Below are positions 62,195-64,000 of a DNA stretch of 64,000 bases, piece by piece. The translations under genes and the position numbers were made by a program. The notes below the pieces were generated by a model. The model had not been told where the DNA came from. It ran no database searches and saw only the letters and a program-made list of their open reading frames with translations. Within the stretch, counting starts at the first letter, position 1; each line of letters begins with the position of its first letter. This DNA comes from Octopus sinensis (taxonomy: Eukaryota). The stretch covers positions 137,454,001 through 137,518,000 of the forward strand of contig NC_042997.1 of assembly GCF_006345805.1 (NCBI RefSeq). The letters run 5' to 3'.

Positions 62195-64000
62195 TAATTT
62201 ATAATTGAGGAATCCCACGCTAAGGAGCCGAAAATGGTCGGGTAAATCCTTAAAAATGTTTTAGCCCGAAGTCTGCGGCCATGCTGGGGCACCACCGCTG
62301 AATGAGCTACACTAATATGTGAATCCACCTCTGATACGTGGCACTTGATCAACAAGGGAGTTCGATGCTGCTGCCTGCATCTGCGTCTCCTGTCGTGAGG
62401 TAGGTTCATCTGGGACTCCCGACAAGAAGAGATCCAGCTTAGTTTTAAAGAAACCCACATCCACACCTTGCAAGTCTCTCAGGCATTTAGGGAGGATGTT
62501 AAAGAGCTGTGGTCCTCTGAAACCCAAGCTGTTGCAGTATCTGGACCTGTATTTTGATGGTGATGTTGGAATCTTTGGCACCATGCAGTGGCGCCCCATT
62601 CTGCGGTTGGGGTAACTTTGAATGCCAAAGTTTGGGACAAGACCCTCCAGGATTTTCCAGATGTATATCACCGCATATCTCTCCCGCTTCCGCTCTAGAG
62701 AGAAGAGGTTTAATACTTTCAGTCTTTCCCAGTAGCTGATATTTTGCATTGAGACGATCTTCTTTGTGTAGCTTCTCTGAATTGCTTCGAGTTCTGCTGT
62801 TAGTTTTATATTGTGTGGTGACCATAGTTGGGAGCAGTAGTCCAAGCAGCTGAGGACAAATGTTTTCCAGAGGACCATCAGTGTCTCCTTCTCTCTTGTT
62901 CTGAAAGTTCGGAGAATCCATCCAGCTAGCCGTCTGCATTTTATCACCAGATTAATAATATGCACTTGGAAAGATGCATCATTGCTCATGTCAATGCCCA
63001 GGTCACGCACTGATTTTGACTCAGGGATTGCAATTCTTCCTGGTCCAGTGTATCCAGTCTGCACGTCGTTTACCTTCGTGTGCCGGTAGTGCAGGGCCTG
63101 GAACTTACCTGCATTAAACGGCATTTTGTTGTCCTCCGCTCACCTGTATATTGTATCCAACTCCTGTTGCAGATGCGCAATATTTTCAGGGTTTTGTATT
63201 GTGTGGGAGACTTTTGTGTCATCTGCATAGCTAGCAAAGGTGGCCATCATAGCAACTGAAGCCATGTCTGAAAGGGCCACTATGAACAGCAGTGGCTCCA
63301 AGACAGTGCCCTGTGGAACACCGCTTGTTATTTGTGTTTCCTTGGAGGTGGCTCCATTGCTCACAACTGCCTGTCTTCTGTCTTTTAGGAAGTTGTGCAG
63401 CCACTCTCCAAGTTTTCCGCCTATGCTGAGACCACACAGTTTGTGACAGATCATACCATGGTCAACTTTATCAAAGGCTTTTGCAAAGTCGAGATATATT
63501 ACATCCACATTTGAGCCATTTAGTAGCTGTTTTAACACCCAGTCATAGTGTTGCAGGAGCTGTGTTAGGCAGCTTCTACCTGGTTGAAATCCATGCTGGG
63601 TGTCAGACAGCAAGTAATTTTCTTCAAGGAACATGATTAGTTTCTTGCGGACTATTCGTTCCATGACTTTGCTGATGTATGAGGTCAGAGAGATAGGCCT
63701 ATAATTTTTAGCATCTGCTCTGCTACCTCCCTTATGGATAGGGCATGTTACTCCCTCTTTCAATTTGACTGGGAGCTTACCACTTGCAAGAAAGCTCTGA
63801 AAAAGAAGCTGTAGCGGTTTTGTAAGGGTTCATTTGCACGATTTGAGAAGGATCGCTGGAAATCCATCAGGTCCAGCAGCTGAGTTTGTGTCAATCTCAT
63901 CTATGGCTAGTGTGATATCATCATCTTCAATGCTGATGTACTCAATTTTTGCCTCTTTGGCCGCAGGTAAAGTGGCAAAGAATTCTTCTGGGTTGTTTAC
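62195..64000 (-). mobile_element. CR1-clade LINE (RT region and 3' end), running off the window edge
   Basis: PIHKGGSR..NYRPISLTS, YLDFAKAFDKV, SGVPQGTVL, YADDTK, LERKRERY. In-frame TGA stops near 63830 and at 63140-63142; ORF stop at 62312. Confidence 0.92.

Overview
AT-rich, microsatellite- and transposon-dense eukaryotic DNA. The repeat families look like those of an octopus (coleoid cephalopod); this is recognition from memory, not a database result. The main host gene is on the minus strand. Seven GT-AG exons (30690-30619, 15519-15415, 13929-13823, 5931-5811, 4402-4339, 4044-3938, 1258-1172) splice with fully consistent phases into the N-terminal part of an EEA1 (early endosome antigen 1) orthologue. 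It has two tandem C2H2 zinc-finger exons where vertebrate EEA1 has one. Its start exon was not found, and the gene continues past position 1. Its introns and the region upstream contain: an RTE-clade LINE with an uninterrupted 1035-aa ORF, many RTE 3' fragments, five Penelope-like (PLE) remnants (one with 275-bp inverted terminal arms), a decayed DD36E Tc1/mariner transposon, Tx1/L1 and CR1 LINE pieces, tRNA-derived SINEs, MITEs (Tc1/mariner, hAT, piggyBac types), a non-autonomous Helitron, and several long palindromes. Some palindromes carry hammerhead-ribozyme cores, and one core is complete. An unidentified 186-codon open frame at 43.6-44.1 kb may be the first exon of a divergently transcribed gene. 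No CRISPR array, rRNA or genuine tRNA gene is supported. Boundaries of decayed repeats are approximate.
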